Shown in pieces: positions 46,880-55,751 of a stretch of DNA of 64,000 bases. Each line of letters starts with the position of its first letter. Position 1 is the first letter of the stretch. This DNA comes from Bacteroidota bacterium (GTDB taxonomy: Bacteria > Bacteroidota > Bacteroidia > Flavobacteriales > BACL11). Location of the stretch: assembly GCA_028408365.1 (NCBI GenBank), contig JAOOLD010000005.1:1883-65882 (forward strand), read 5' to 3'. The notes below the pieces were generated by a model. The model worked only from the letters and a program-made list of their open reading frames with translations, ran no database searches and was not told where the DNA came from. Both the position numbers and the translations under genes were made by a program.

Positions 46880-49311
46880 ATTTTAATAATTAATCTCGCA
46901 TTTAATTGTCTTGATGTCAAGTAGTTTGGAACAGCATACTGTCTTCCATTAATATCACTGACCCACAGGTAGGAAACAGTATTATTAATATCCAATAAAT
47001 TAAATACCTCAGCAGATAACCATATTTCCTCAAAATAGTTGAGAAATTTAAATCTGGAAACTTTTTTACTGCTCTTTATTCCTGCAGAGAATCCAATATC
47101 AACTCTTCTATATGATGGTATTCTTAAAATATCCTCGTATTTTTCTGACTTTGGTGGACCAAAAGGTAATCCAGATCCGTATTTTAAGTTTAAATGCATT
47201 TTATAATTTGGATTATTTGGAACATAATCTTGAAAGAAAAGTGAAAAGTTTACTCTCTGGTCTGTTGGCCGTGGAATAAATCCAACCTCTGATTGACTAT
47301 TATCTTCGTTTACAATATAATCACCTACAATATCTTCTGCAGTTTTCATTATTGATAAGCTTGCCCAACTTTCAACTCCGTTAACAAATTCACCATTAAT
47401 TTTAAAATCAAGACCTGTTGCATATCCGTTCGATTTCTCAAAAGGTAAATATTGTATTCTAACATTGTCAATTTTATATGGAATTAAATTTTTTAAATCT
47501 TTGTAGTAGACTTCTGTTACAAGTTTAAAAGGTCGTCCCCATGAATAAAAAAGATAATCACTTGAAAGTACATGATGTATTGATTTTTGAGCTTTAATAT
47601 TGTTATTTAATTGCCCACTTTCATCTCTTAGTTCCTTGTAAAAAGGGCTTTGATAATAAATTCCTGAGGCTAATCTAAACACAAAATCTTTTTCCCATAA
47701 TGGAGCGTATGCTAATGAAATTCTGGGGCTCAGTAAAAGTTCTTTACTAAAAGACCAATAGTTAGTTCTTGTTCCAGCTGTTAAAGAGAGATTTTTATAA
47801 TCTTTTGAAAATTGGAAAAATGAAGTAACTCTATTTGAATTTATGTTTATTTCTGTTTTTCTAACTTCATCCAAAACAAAATTATTGTTATTTGAGATTG
47901 TATCAAATTGATTATTGGATGATGGAATATTATATCCCGCGGAATCAATAAGCCTCCATTCATTTATAATATCTTCGAAAATTTCTTTTTGTAATTTGAC
48001 TCCCCAATTTAAATTTGTGTTGTTTATGAAATGAGCTCCTTTTAACGAAAGGTTTAAGATGTTTGCATTCAAACTGTTTCTTGAGTGATCGATATATTTA
48101 CCTATTCCTCTATTATATGCTATATCTCCAAATGAATTAGAACCTAAATTATTATCTAGTTGGTATAGAAAATATATTCCCATTATATCATAGTTCTCAC
48201 TCTCGTTTATATCAAAAAAAGATAGATTAGCTTGCAAATTTGAGTTTTCAGAAATTTTAAATTTGTTGATTATAGTTGTGAAGAATGTTGTGAATTCATC
48301 TTTCTCTTGTCCATCAAAAAAAATTCTGAGTTTTAAAGCTTCGTTTATGTTACCAAATTCTGTATCTCTACTTGTGGGAATCATTAAATAATTATTGTAA
48401 TTATAATTAGAAAGAATATTGAGGTTCCAGTAATCAAAAATTTTAAAGTTAAAGCTAGACTGTACATCAAAAAAACGAGGTCTATATTCAGCATCAGTAT
48501 CTAAAGAGTTAAGTATATAGTTTGTAGTTTTATATCTTAATCCAATCAAATAAGAATTTTTTTTGTTTTTTGATACTCCTTGAGTGTGAAAGTTGGTCCC
48601 AAGTAAACTTGTTGAAATAGATGTCTTATTTTTTTTTGGAACAATATACTTGATATCTAAAACAGATGACATTTTATCTCCATATTTAGCTTCAAATCCT
48701 CCTGATGAAAAATTAATTTCACTTACCAAATCAGAATTAATAAAACTTAAACCTTCTTGTTGACTAGAGCTTATTAAAAAAGGTCTATAAATTTCAATAC
48801 CATTTACATAAACTAAGTTCTCATCAAAATTACCACCTCTAACTGAATATTGTGAACTTAACTCATTTGCTGAGCTCACCCCGGGTAATGTTTTTATCAT
48901 TGCTTCTACGCCACTATTGCCTGTTGGTAAGATGCTGACTTGCTTGGGCTTAATTTTACTTAGTCCTTTTTTTCTTATTTCTTTATCACCAACAATAACC
49001 TTATTTAATAATATATTTTCTTCAAATAAAGTTATATCAAGTTGGTAGTTCTGACTTTTTTCTAATCTTGGAATTCTAATTTTTTCAGTTTGATATCCTA
49101 CTGAGCTAAATTTCAGAACAATTGATTTCTTATTTTTAATATTAATTAAGTAATAACCATTTTTGTCTGATGTTACACCAATATTTTTATTTACAGAAAT
49201 ATTTATTTCAGAAAGTGGCTTATTATTTTTATCAACAACTTTTCCTGAGATCATTTGTGAAAAACTTTCTAGCGATATTAAGGACAAGAAAAGTAGAAAT
49301 GATGATTTCAT
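46876..49311 (-). CDS. TonB-dependent outer-membrane receptor with an N-terminal carboxypeptidase-regulatory-like domain
   Basis: Signal peptide, ISGKVVDKNNKPL..INI (CarbopepD_reg), plug region, long beta-barrel, and a C-terminal aromatic-rich ..NARLIIKI. Confidence 0.8.
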   Translation of the reverse strand: MKSSFLLFLSLISLESFSQMISGKVVDKNNKPLSEINISVNKNIGVTSDKNGYYLINIKNKKSIVLKFSSVGYQTEKIRIPRLEKSQNYQLDITLFEENILLNKVIVGDKEIRKKGLSKIKPKQVSILPTGNSGVEAMIKTLPGVSSANELSSQYSVRGGNFDENLVYVNGIEIYRPFLISSSQQEGLSFINSDLVSEINFSSGGFEAKYGDKMSSVLDIKYIVPKKNKTSISTSLLGTNFHTQGVSKNKKNSYLIGLRYKTTNYILNSLDTDAEYRPRFFDVQSSFNFKIFDYWNLNILSNYNYNNYLMIPTSRDTEFGNINEALKLRIFFDGQEKDEFTTFFTTIINKFKISENSNLQANLSFFDINESENYDIMGIYFLYQLDNNLGSNSFGDIAYNRGIGKYIDHSRNSLNANILNLSLKGAHFINNTNLNWGVKLQKEIFEDIINEWRLIDSAGYNIPSSNNQFDTISNNNNFVLDEVRKTEININSNRVTSFFQFSKDYKNLSLTAGTRTNYWSFSKELLLSPRISLAYAPLWEKDFVFRLASGIYYQSPFYKELRDESGQLNNNIKAQKSIHHVLSSDYLFYSWGRPFKLVTEVYYKDLKNLIPYKIDNVRIQYLPFEKSNGYATGLDFKINGEFVNGVESWASLSIMKTAEDIVGDYIVNEDNSQSEVGFIPRPTDQRVNFSLFFQDYVPNNPNYKMHLNLKYGSGLPFGPPKSEKYEDILRIPSYRRVDIGFSAGIKSSKKVSRFKFLNYFEEIWLSAEVFNLLDINNTVSYLWVSDINGRQYAVPNYLTSRQLNARLIIKI

Positions 49312-49357
49312 GGGACAAAAATAAACTTAAATTTGTGCAGTAATAGAACTTTAGTAA

Positions 49358-49510
49358 ATGAAATTTATTGTATTGTTAAAAATTATAATTATTAGTATAT
49401 TAATAACAATATCATCATGTAGTAGTGAAGATGTTTCTAAATTTGATAAAGAAGTGATTTTTTATAATGACTCCACAAATTATGAAAAAGTAAAAATTAA
49501 GACGCACTAA
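49358..49510 (+). CDS. Possible small lipoprotein (50 aa, not in the ORF track)
   Basis: MKFIVLLKIIIISILITISSC with a lipobox-like ISSC. Its stop lies 2 nt before the arsC ATG. No homology evidence. Confidence 0.35.
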   Translation: MKFIVLLKIIIISILITISSCSSEDVSKFDKEVIFYNDSTNYEKVKIKTH

Positions 49511-49512
49511 AG

Positions 49513-49944
49513 ATGAAAAAAATACTAATTCTTTGTACTGGAAATTCTTGTAGGTCTCAAATGGCAGATGGAATTTTGAAAGAAAATTTGCCGAATTCTT
49601 TTTTAATTAAGAGTGCTGGAACGAAGCCGGAGCCAGTAAATAAATACGCTGTAAAAGTAATGAATCTAATAAACATTAATATTTCTAAAAATGAATCTAA
49701 TCATATCAATGATTTTGACAGTATATTATTTGACTATGTAATAACTGTTTGCGATAATGCCTTAGAAATATGTCCAGTATTCAATAATGCAAGAAAACAC
49801 ATACATAAAAGTTTTCGTGACCCCGCAAAGTTTAAGGGAAATTTAAAAGATACACTGAATTTTTATTCAAAAATTAGAGATGAGATAAGATTATTCATTA
49901 TTAAATTAATAAAAGAAGATATACTTAAGGAAGAAACTTGCTAA
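49513..49944 (+). CDS. arsC: Arsenate reductase / LMW phosphotyrosine phosphatase family (thioredoxin-coupled ArsC type)
   Basis: P-loop ILCTGNSCRSQMA plus the downstream Cys pair in VCDNALEICP. Confidence 0.75.
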   Translation: MKKILILCTGNSCRSQMADGILKENLPNSFLIKSAGTKPEPVNKYAVKVMNLININISKNESNHINDFDSILFDYVITVCDNALEICPVFNNARKHIHKSFRDPAKFKGNLKDTLNFYSKIRDEIRLFIIKLIKEDILKEETC

Positions 49945-51589
49945 ATTTTTCTTCATTTCCAACATTATCACTTACAATTAAATCTAATTTTATTGGAACT
50001 GTGTAGACTGAATCTATCTCATGAAAAATCTTATTTTTTTTGAGGTCATATTCAAATAGAACCCATTTGTCATTTATTTTTCCTTCATAATTTTTTATTC
50101 CACTTTCATTGTCTTTAATTTGAAATGAAATTTTGGAATTTTTCTTTAATTCTAGATTCTTTCTGTTTAGTAAAACAATCTTTGGATTTATACTATCTGC
50201 TGCTAAACAAAATTCACCAAAACTTTTGCTTTTAGCTGAAACAAAATTTCCTCTTATTTTATTACCAATATAAATCAAATTTCCATTATCGATTTTGGCT
50301 ACATATAGATTTTTATTTCTTTTGTTTGTTTTAATTGAAATAACAAATTCTTTATGTAATGGTTCATATGCATAATGACATTTATAAATTTTTCTATTTT
50401 GATTTTCTGATTCAATAACTTGATAATCAAAATCAATATTACGATAGAGAGATTTTTTCTTCATATGTAATTGAAAATCTTTTTCATTAACTACATTAGC
50501 TCTATCATGATAAAATTTACGTTTGAATTTATTTTCTTTTTTAACAAGATTTATGTTTGGAGAGTTTTCAATTTCAAATTCTAACACGCTTGTATTTGAC
50601 TTGTAATCAGAAACTTCAATTCTAATTTTATGATTTTTTTGACTGTTGATTATTCCTCTATTTATTAATTCTATATAGTTATCTAAAGAATTGTTTATAT
50701 CAACATAACATTTGTGGAACTTAATTCTGTTTACGTGTTTTTCATAATAATCTATGTGATTATTAATATATCTATTTTTACTAAAGTCTAACTTATTAGC
50801 CACAAATCTATATATCTTGACATTATCACAATATAAATCTATTGAATAAACACCATTAATATTTCTTGAGCCATTGTGTTGATCATAACAATTTACTCCA
50901 AATGCAATTTCTCCATTTGTTTGAATTTTTTCTTTAATATAATAATTGTTGTTTTTTTTACAATTTAGAACAGTGGATGAATCTAAATCTAAGAAATAAA
51001 CTTTAAGTTTTTTAATTACAGGTGCAATATCATCTTTCACTTCTAAGTTGCATGAGAGTGGATTAATAGGTTTTTGTGTTTTAGTATCTCTTATTTCAAA
51101 ATGAAGATGTGGCCCAGCACTGCTGCCAGTATTTCCTGAAATTGCAATTAAATCACCACTATTGTAAAAAAAATCTTTACTTTTTAAGTAATGGTCAATT
51201 TGAAATGTTTTTTTTTGGTATTGCAGAGTTTTTATGTACTTTTCTATTTCTTCATTGAATTTGTTTAGATGAGCATAAACAGAAGTTGTTCCATCATTAT
51301 GCTCGATATAAAGTGCCTTACCATATCCGGAACTTGATATTTTGATTCTTGAAACAAAACCATCTTTAACATTAAAAATTTTTTCCCCAATCTTGCCTCT
51401 TGTTTTAATGTCAATACCAGTATGAAAATGATTATTTCTTAATTCACCAAATGTTCCAGATAAATAAATATTTGAACCTATAGGGCTTTTGCAGTTTTGA
51501 GATAAGGCTAAAAGATTTATCAATAAAAATGAAAATGATAAAAATATTTTCAATTGTAATTTTAGTACCAATTTAATAATAATTAGCAT
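49925..51589 (-). CDS. M23-family metallopeptidase (LytM-like) with a long C-terminal extension
   Basis: HTGIDI and GPHLHFEI zinc motifs near the N-terminus, plus a signal peptide. Confidence 0.8.
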   Translation of the reverse strand: MLIIIKLVLKLQLKIFLSFSFLLINLLALSQNCKSPIGSNIYLSGTFGELRNNHFHTGIDIKTRGKIGEKIFNVKDGFVSRIKISSSGYGKALYIEHNDGTTSVYAHLNKFNEEIEKYIKTLQYQKKTFQIDHYLKSKDFFYNSGDLIAISGNTGSSAGPHLHFEIRDTKTQKPINPLSCNLEVKDDIAPVIKKLKVYFLDLDSSTVLNCKKNNNYYIKEKIQTNGEIAFGVNCYDQHNGSRNINGVYSIDLYCDNVKIYRFVANKLDFSKNRYINNHIDYYEKHVNRIKFHKCYVDINNSLDNYIELINRGIINSQKNHKIRIEVSDYKSNTSVLEFEIENSPNINLVKKENKFKRKFYHDRANVVNEKDFQLHMKKKSLYRNIDFDYQVIESENQNRKIYKCHYAYEPLHKEFVISIKTNKRNKNLYVAKIDNGNLIYIGNKIRGNFVSAKSKSFGEFCLAADSINPKIVLLNRKNLELKKNSKISFQIKDNESGIKNYEGKINDKWVLFEYDLKKNKIFHEIDSVYTVPIKLDLIVSDNVGNEEKFSKFLP

Positions 51590-51618
51590 ATAAAATTGTT
51601 AATTTGTGTTGATTAGTT

Positions 51619-51906
51619 ATGAAAGATTTAGTAATATCTATAAAAGAAAAAATCAAAAAACTACTTTTCCTTTTTGATGAACTTAAAAGAGAAAACTCGA
51701 TACTAAAAAAAGATATTCAAGCATATAAAAAACAAAATGAAAGTATGATAAATAAAATTAATAATCTAACTCAAAAGTCAGATTTATTAAAAATTAATCA
51801 ATCTATCGAATCTGAAAGTGATTCAAGCTATACCAAGAAGAAGATAGATCACTTTATTAAAGAAATTGATAAGTGTATAAATTTAATCGATAACAGAAAT
51901 GTCTGA
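51619..51906 (+). CDS. Coiled-coil protein upstream of zapA (ZapB-like?)
   Basis: Heptad-rich 95-aa ORF that overlaps the zapA start by 8 nt. Confidence 0.5.
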   Translation: MKDLVISIKEKIKKLLFLFDELKRENSILKKDIQAYKKQNESMINKINNLTQKSDLLKINQSIESESDSSYTKKKIDHFIKEIDKCINLIDNRNV

Positions 51907-52189
51907 AAAATTATCCATCAAAATAAATATTGCCAATCGTTTATATCCTATGAAAGTTAATAAGGAATCAGAAGAGCAAATTAGATTAGCTGCAAAAAAT
52001 ATTGAAGAGAGAATTAAATTTTATGAAAATAATTATGAAATTAATGACAAGCAAGACTTATTAGCTATGTGTCTTATTGAATTTGCAACAAAAATTAAAA
52101 GTCAAAGTCAGAATTACAAAAAGGAAAGGATTGATATCTCTGATGATTTAAATCAAATCAATAATATTCTTTCTGAAAAATTAAGTTAA
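51899..52189 (+). CDS. zapA: Cell division protein ZapA
   Basis: ..I.IANRLYPMKV...EE..IR.AAK.I.. N-terminal pattern and a size of 96 aa. Confidence 0.7.
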   Translation: MSEKLSIKINIANRLYPMKVNKESEEQIRLAAKNIEERIKFYENNYEINDKQDLLAMCLIEFATKIKSQSQNYKKERIDISDDLNQINNILSEKLS

Positions 52190-52197
52190 ATTTATGT

Positions 52198-52360
52198 TTG
52201 CAAAGGAATAATGTTAAACTCGACAGTTATTATTATTGGAGTTTGACTTGGTTCTTCAAAAACGGGCCTCAACCAATTGGTTCATTTTATGACAGTGGAA
52301 GTTTGCGATTAGCTAGCATCTCCATCCATTTCTAAATGGAGTTTAACAATTTCTTTGCGA
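52198..52360 (+). ncRNA. ssrS: Candidate 6S RNA (6S-Flavo-like) immediately downstream of zapA
   Basis: A helix of about 22 bp closes a 163-nt element. 52198-52209 pairs with 52349-52360 and 52212-52221 pairs with 52339-52348. Both non-Watson-Crick pairs are G.U on the + strand only. Inside, a roughly 15x14-nt internal loop is followed by TGGAG/CTCCA. This fills the whole zapA 3' intergenic region. Confidence 0.5.
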
Positions 52361-52361
52361 T

Positions 52362-53249
52362 TTATATAATTTTTTCAATTTCTGAATCATAAAATTTGAA
52401 ACCAGTGTTATTAATCTTTTTAGAACATATATTTATGTTGGATTTTATAATTGAAGATTTTTCTCCAAATATTATATTCACTAAGTAGTCTGGAAGACTT
52501 ATTATTATTGAGTATTTATATTTATTCAATCTTATTTTTCTGAGTATATCTATTTTTGAATATTTTTTAGATGATGCAATGTTGAAAGGACCTTCAATAT
52601 TTTTATTTTTAATACTGAACTCGATAAATCTACATATATCGTTTGTACTTACCCAATTTAAAATTTGATTTTCGTTTCCAAAAATTAATCCCACACCAAA
52701 TTTCATTGAGAATAAATTATATTTTAGAAATCCATGTTCTTTGTCAAATATTAATGGTATTCTGAGTTGTATGCATCTTGAGTTAAGCTCATCAAATTTA
52801 TTTGATTCATCTTCCCAATCACTAACTAGCTTTCCAATCCAAGACTTTGATTTAGAGCTACCCTCGTTTTGATTAATACTTGTATTGTCTTTATAGATCC
52901 CTATTGCTGATGCGGAAATAAAAGTTTCAATTTTTAATCCTAATTTTTTGATAGAATTAAATATCAATCTTGAGCTTTTAATTCTACTATCATAAATTAG
53001 TTTTTTATTTTTTTTTGTCCACTTACTTAGTATTGGAAAACCTGCAAGATGAATAATATGACTACATCCATTCAACGCATTTGTGTCTATTATTTCATTG
53101 CTTGGGTCCCAAAAAAATATATTTTTATTTATCAGTGACTCTTTACTTGATGTAAGAGACCGAACTGTGTATTTTGTTTTGAGGAATTTTGTGAGGTGTT
53201 TTGCTAAAGAACCGTTATAGCCGGTAATTAAAACAATTTCTTTTGTCAA
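52362..53249 (-). CDS. TIGR01777/YfcH-type SDR (epimerase family, DUF1731 C-terminus)
   Basis: N-terminal Rossmann IVLITGYNGSLAKHL, an extended-SDR layout, and the typical length. Confidence 0.65.
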   Translation of the reverse strand: MTKEIVLITGYNGSLAKHLTKFLKTKYTVRSLTSSKESLINKNIFFWDPSNEIIDTNALNGCSHIIHLAGFPILSKWTKKNKKLIYDSRIKSSRLIFNSIKKLGLKIETFISASAIGIYKDNTSINQNEGSSKSKSWIGKLVSDWEDESNKFDELNSRCIQLRIPLIFDKEHGFLKYNLFSMKFGVGLIFGNENQILNWVSTNDICRFIEFSIKNKNIEGPFNIASSKKYSKIDILRKIRLNKYKYSIIISLPDYLVNIIFGEKSSIIKSNINICSKKINNTGFKFYDSEIEKII

Positions 53250-54125
53250 TTATGTAATTAGTTTTATAAACTCTTGAATGTCATATATAACATTGGCATT
53301 TTTGTTCAATTCTTTTCCTTTGGCTCTATCTTTAGATGTAATTAAAAATCTTTGAGCTTCTGGTTTTAAATTTTTTAAATACTCAATTGTGTAATCAATG
53401 TTTGAAATAATAGGATTAGAAACTGCAAAAAATAAAAGTTTGTCAATATCTACTTTTTCTACAACATGTCTAACTGATGAGAATGGGAGATTTGCTCCTA
53501 AATAAATAACATTGTAGCCATGTATCTTTAATAATAAATGAGAAACGAGTAAACCGATTTCATGAAATTCATTTTCTGGTAAAAATAAAACCCATGTATC
53601 TGATTTGGTAACAGTTTTTTGCTCTTCAATTTGCTTAGCTATTTTTGTTTTAATAAGTTCAACAAGAAAATGTTCTTGTGATGGTGCTATGTAATTAGTT
53701 AACCATAAAATTCCGATTTTGTTTAGAGCTTGTATAAGAACTTTTTCATAAAATTCCACAATACCAAATTTATCAATGCCATTCTCATAAGTTTTTTCAA
53801 ATAATTCTTTATCAAAATTTAGTCCTGACTCTATAGTTTTAGTTATGGATAAATCATGTTGATTGACCACATTTTCATTCTTGAGGGCATTAACCATTGA
53901 CATAATTTGGTTGATTGTCATCTTAGCAATATGAGAAATCTTGAAATTATTGTCTATTAATATCTTAGTGTTCAATGCTTTAACTATCATGTTATCGTCA
54001 TACAACCTGAGATTTGTTTCAGTACGACTTGGAACAATGAAACCATATCTATTCTCCCACGTTCTTAGCAAAATTTTGTTGAGACCGGTTATTTTGGAAA
54101 ATTGATCTATGCTGTAAGTCGACAT
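53250..54125 (-). CDS. CarH/LitR-type MerR-family regulator with a B12-binding photoreceptor domain
   Basis: MerR HTH (YSIDQFSKITGLNKILLRTWENRYG). Wx9EH motif (W-LTNYIAPSQ-EH) in the helical bundle. Cobalamin-binding E-x-H-x-x-G (ENEFHEIGLL) in the Rossmann domain. Confidence 0.8.
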   Translation of the reverse strand: MSTYSIDQFSKITGLNKILLRTWENRYGFIVPSRTETNLRLYDDNMIVKALNTKILIDNNFKISHIAKMTINQIMSMVNALKNENVVNQHDLSITKTIESGLNFDKELFEKTYENGIDKFGIVEFYEKVLIQALNKIGILWLTNYIAPSQEHFLVELIKTKIAKQIEEQKTVTKSDTWVLFLPENEFHEIGLLVSHLLLKIHGYNVIYLGANLPFSSVRHVVEKVDIDKLLFFAVSNPIISNIDYTIEYLKNLKPEAQRFLITSKDRAKGKELNKNANVIYDIQEFIKLIT

Positions 54126-54163
54126 TTTTTAAATTATTTACAAATATAGACTTATTTTATAAA

Positions 54164-54253
54164 TGCATAACTAAAAAAAAAAAAAATTATGCATTTTGTA
54201 TAATTTTTACATCTAGTATTATGCTTTTTTTTTATGCAATTTGTATATATTTG
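54164..54253. promoter_or_regulatory. Divergent carH-like/crtI control region with repeated TTATGCA(A/T)TTTGTATA elements and a TAnnTTTG -7 box
   Basis: 17-nt direct repeats at 54187-54203 (TTATGCATTTTGTATAA) and 54232-54248 (TTATGCAATTTGTATAT). Partial copies TTATGC at 54219-54224 and an inverted TGCATAA at 54164-54170. TATATTTG at 54246-54253 lies 29 nt before the crtI ATG. Confidence 0.45.
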
Positions 54254-54281
54254 TTAGTAAATTTCTATACAAAATATTTAA

Positions 54282-55751
54282 ATGAAAAAAGTTACTGTAA
54301 TTGGTAGTGGGTTCTCAGGACTTAGTTGTGCAGCATATTTAGCAAAAAACGGATGTGATGTTACAGTATTAGAAAAAAATGATAAATGTGGAGGTAGAGC
54401 TAGACAATTTACTCACAATGGTTTTAAGTTTGATATGGGGCCCAGTTGGTTTTGGATGAAGGATGTCTTTGATAAATTTTTTAATGATTTTAATAAAAAA
54501 TCAACTGATTTTTTTGAAACCATAAAATTAGATCCTGGTTTTCAAATAATTTTTAAAGATAATCTTTTAAAATTACCATCAAATTGGGATGACATACTAG
54601 ACCTTTTTGAATCATATGAAAAGGGTAGTTCAGAAAACTTGAAAAAATTCATGATTGAAGCTGAGGCTAAGTATGATATTGGTATTAATACTCTGGTACA
54701 AAAGCCTGGATTATCAATTTTTGAACTCTTAGATTTAAAAGTCATAAATAATCTTTCCAAACTAAAGCTTTTTACCTCCTACAGAAGTCTTGTGCATAAA
54801 AGTTTTAAAAACAAATATTTAAGATCACTGCTTGAATTTCCAGTTTTATTTTTAGGAACTGCTCCTAAAGATACTCCCTCTATTTATAGCTTGATGGCAT
54901 ATTCAGGAATTAAGGAAGGAACATTTTATACTATGGGAGGATTTGTATCAGTTATTAATGCAATGAAAACTATTTGTGATGAATTAGGTGTAAAATTTAA
55001 ATTTAATTTTGATGTTGAAAATATTGAAATAAAAGATTATAAAATTGAGTCTGTCAATTCTAGCAATAGTAAATTTAGTACAGAAATTGTAATTTGTAGT
55101 GCTGACTACAATTTTTTTGAACAAAAAATATTACCAAAAAAATATCAATCTTATACTGATCGTTATTGGCAAAGTAGAACAATGTCACCTTCTAGTTTAC
55201 TTTTCTACTTGGGAGTTTCTAAGAAAATTAAAAATTTAGAACACCATAATCTTTTCTTTGATGAGGACATTGAAGAGCATATAGATGATATCTACAAGAA
55301 ACCAATATGGCCTAAAAAACCTCTTTTCTACGTTTGTTGTCCATCAAAAACAGATAATGAAGTTGCTCCAAAAGACAAAGAAAATATCTTTATTTTGATA
55401 CCAATTGCACCAGGAATTGAGGATACGAGTGATATAAGAAAAAAATACTATGACATAGTATTAGATAGATTAAGTAAATATTGCCAAATTGATTTTAAAC
55501 GAATCATTGAGTACGAGAGGAGTTATTGTATTAATGATTTTATTTCTGATTACAATGCATTCAAAGGAAATGCATACGGACTCGCTAATACTTTATCACA
55601 AACTGCTAATTTCAAACCAAAAATTAAAAGCAAAAAATTAAAGAATTTGTTTTACACTGGGCAGTTGACAGTTCCTGGTCCTGGAGTACCACCTTCATTG
55701 ATTTCAGGTAAGGTTGTTGCTGATTATATCTTAAATAAAGAACTATGTTAA
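54282..55751 (+). CDS. crtI: Phytoene desaturase
   Basis: FAD motif VIGSGFSGLSCAAYLAKNG..V.VLEK.D..GGRA and the C-terminal YTGQ.T.PG.GVP. Confidence 0.9.
   Translation: MKKVTVIGSGFSGLSCAAYLAKNGCDVTVLEKNDKCGGRARQFTHNGFKFDMGPSWFWMKDVFDKFFNDFNKKSTDFFETIKLDPGFQIIFKDNLLKLPSNWDDILDLFESYEKGSSENLKKFMIEAEAKYDIGINTLVQKPGLSIFELLDLKVINNLSKLKLFTSYRSLVHKSFKNKYLRSLLEFPVLFLGTAPKDTPSIYSLMAYSGIKEGTFYTMGGFVSVINAMKTICDELGVKFKFNFDVENIEIKDYKIESVNSSNSKFSTEIVICSADYNFFEQKILPKKYQSYTDRYWQSRTMSPSSLLFYLGVSKKIKNLEHHNLFFDEDIEEHIDDIYKKPIWPKKPLFYVCCPSKTDNEVAPKDKENIFILIPIAPGIEDTSDIRKKYYDIVLDRLSKYCQIDFKRIIEYERSYCINDFISDYNAFKGNAYGLANTLSQTANFKPKIKSKKLKNLFYTGQLTVPGPGVPPSLISGKVVADYILNKELC

Noticed and set aside
52271-52282. Perfect 12-nt palindrome AACCAATTGGTT inside the 6S candidate, as a possible protein-binding or restriction site.
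   Set aside because: It is more simply explained as part of the RNA's internal secondary structure. A single occurrence gives no supporting context.
54173-54233. A14 and T9 homopolymer tracts in the crt control region as possible slipped-strand phase-variation switches.
   Set aside because: Homopolymeric A/T runs are common in genomes this AT-rich. A single sequence gives no evidence of length variation.
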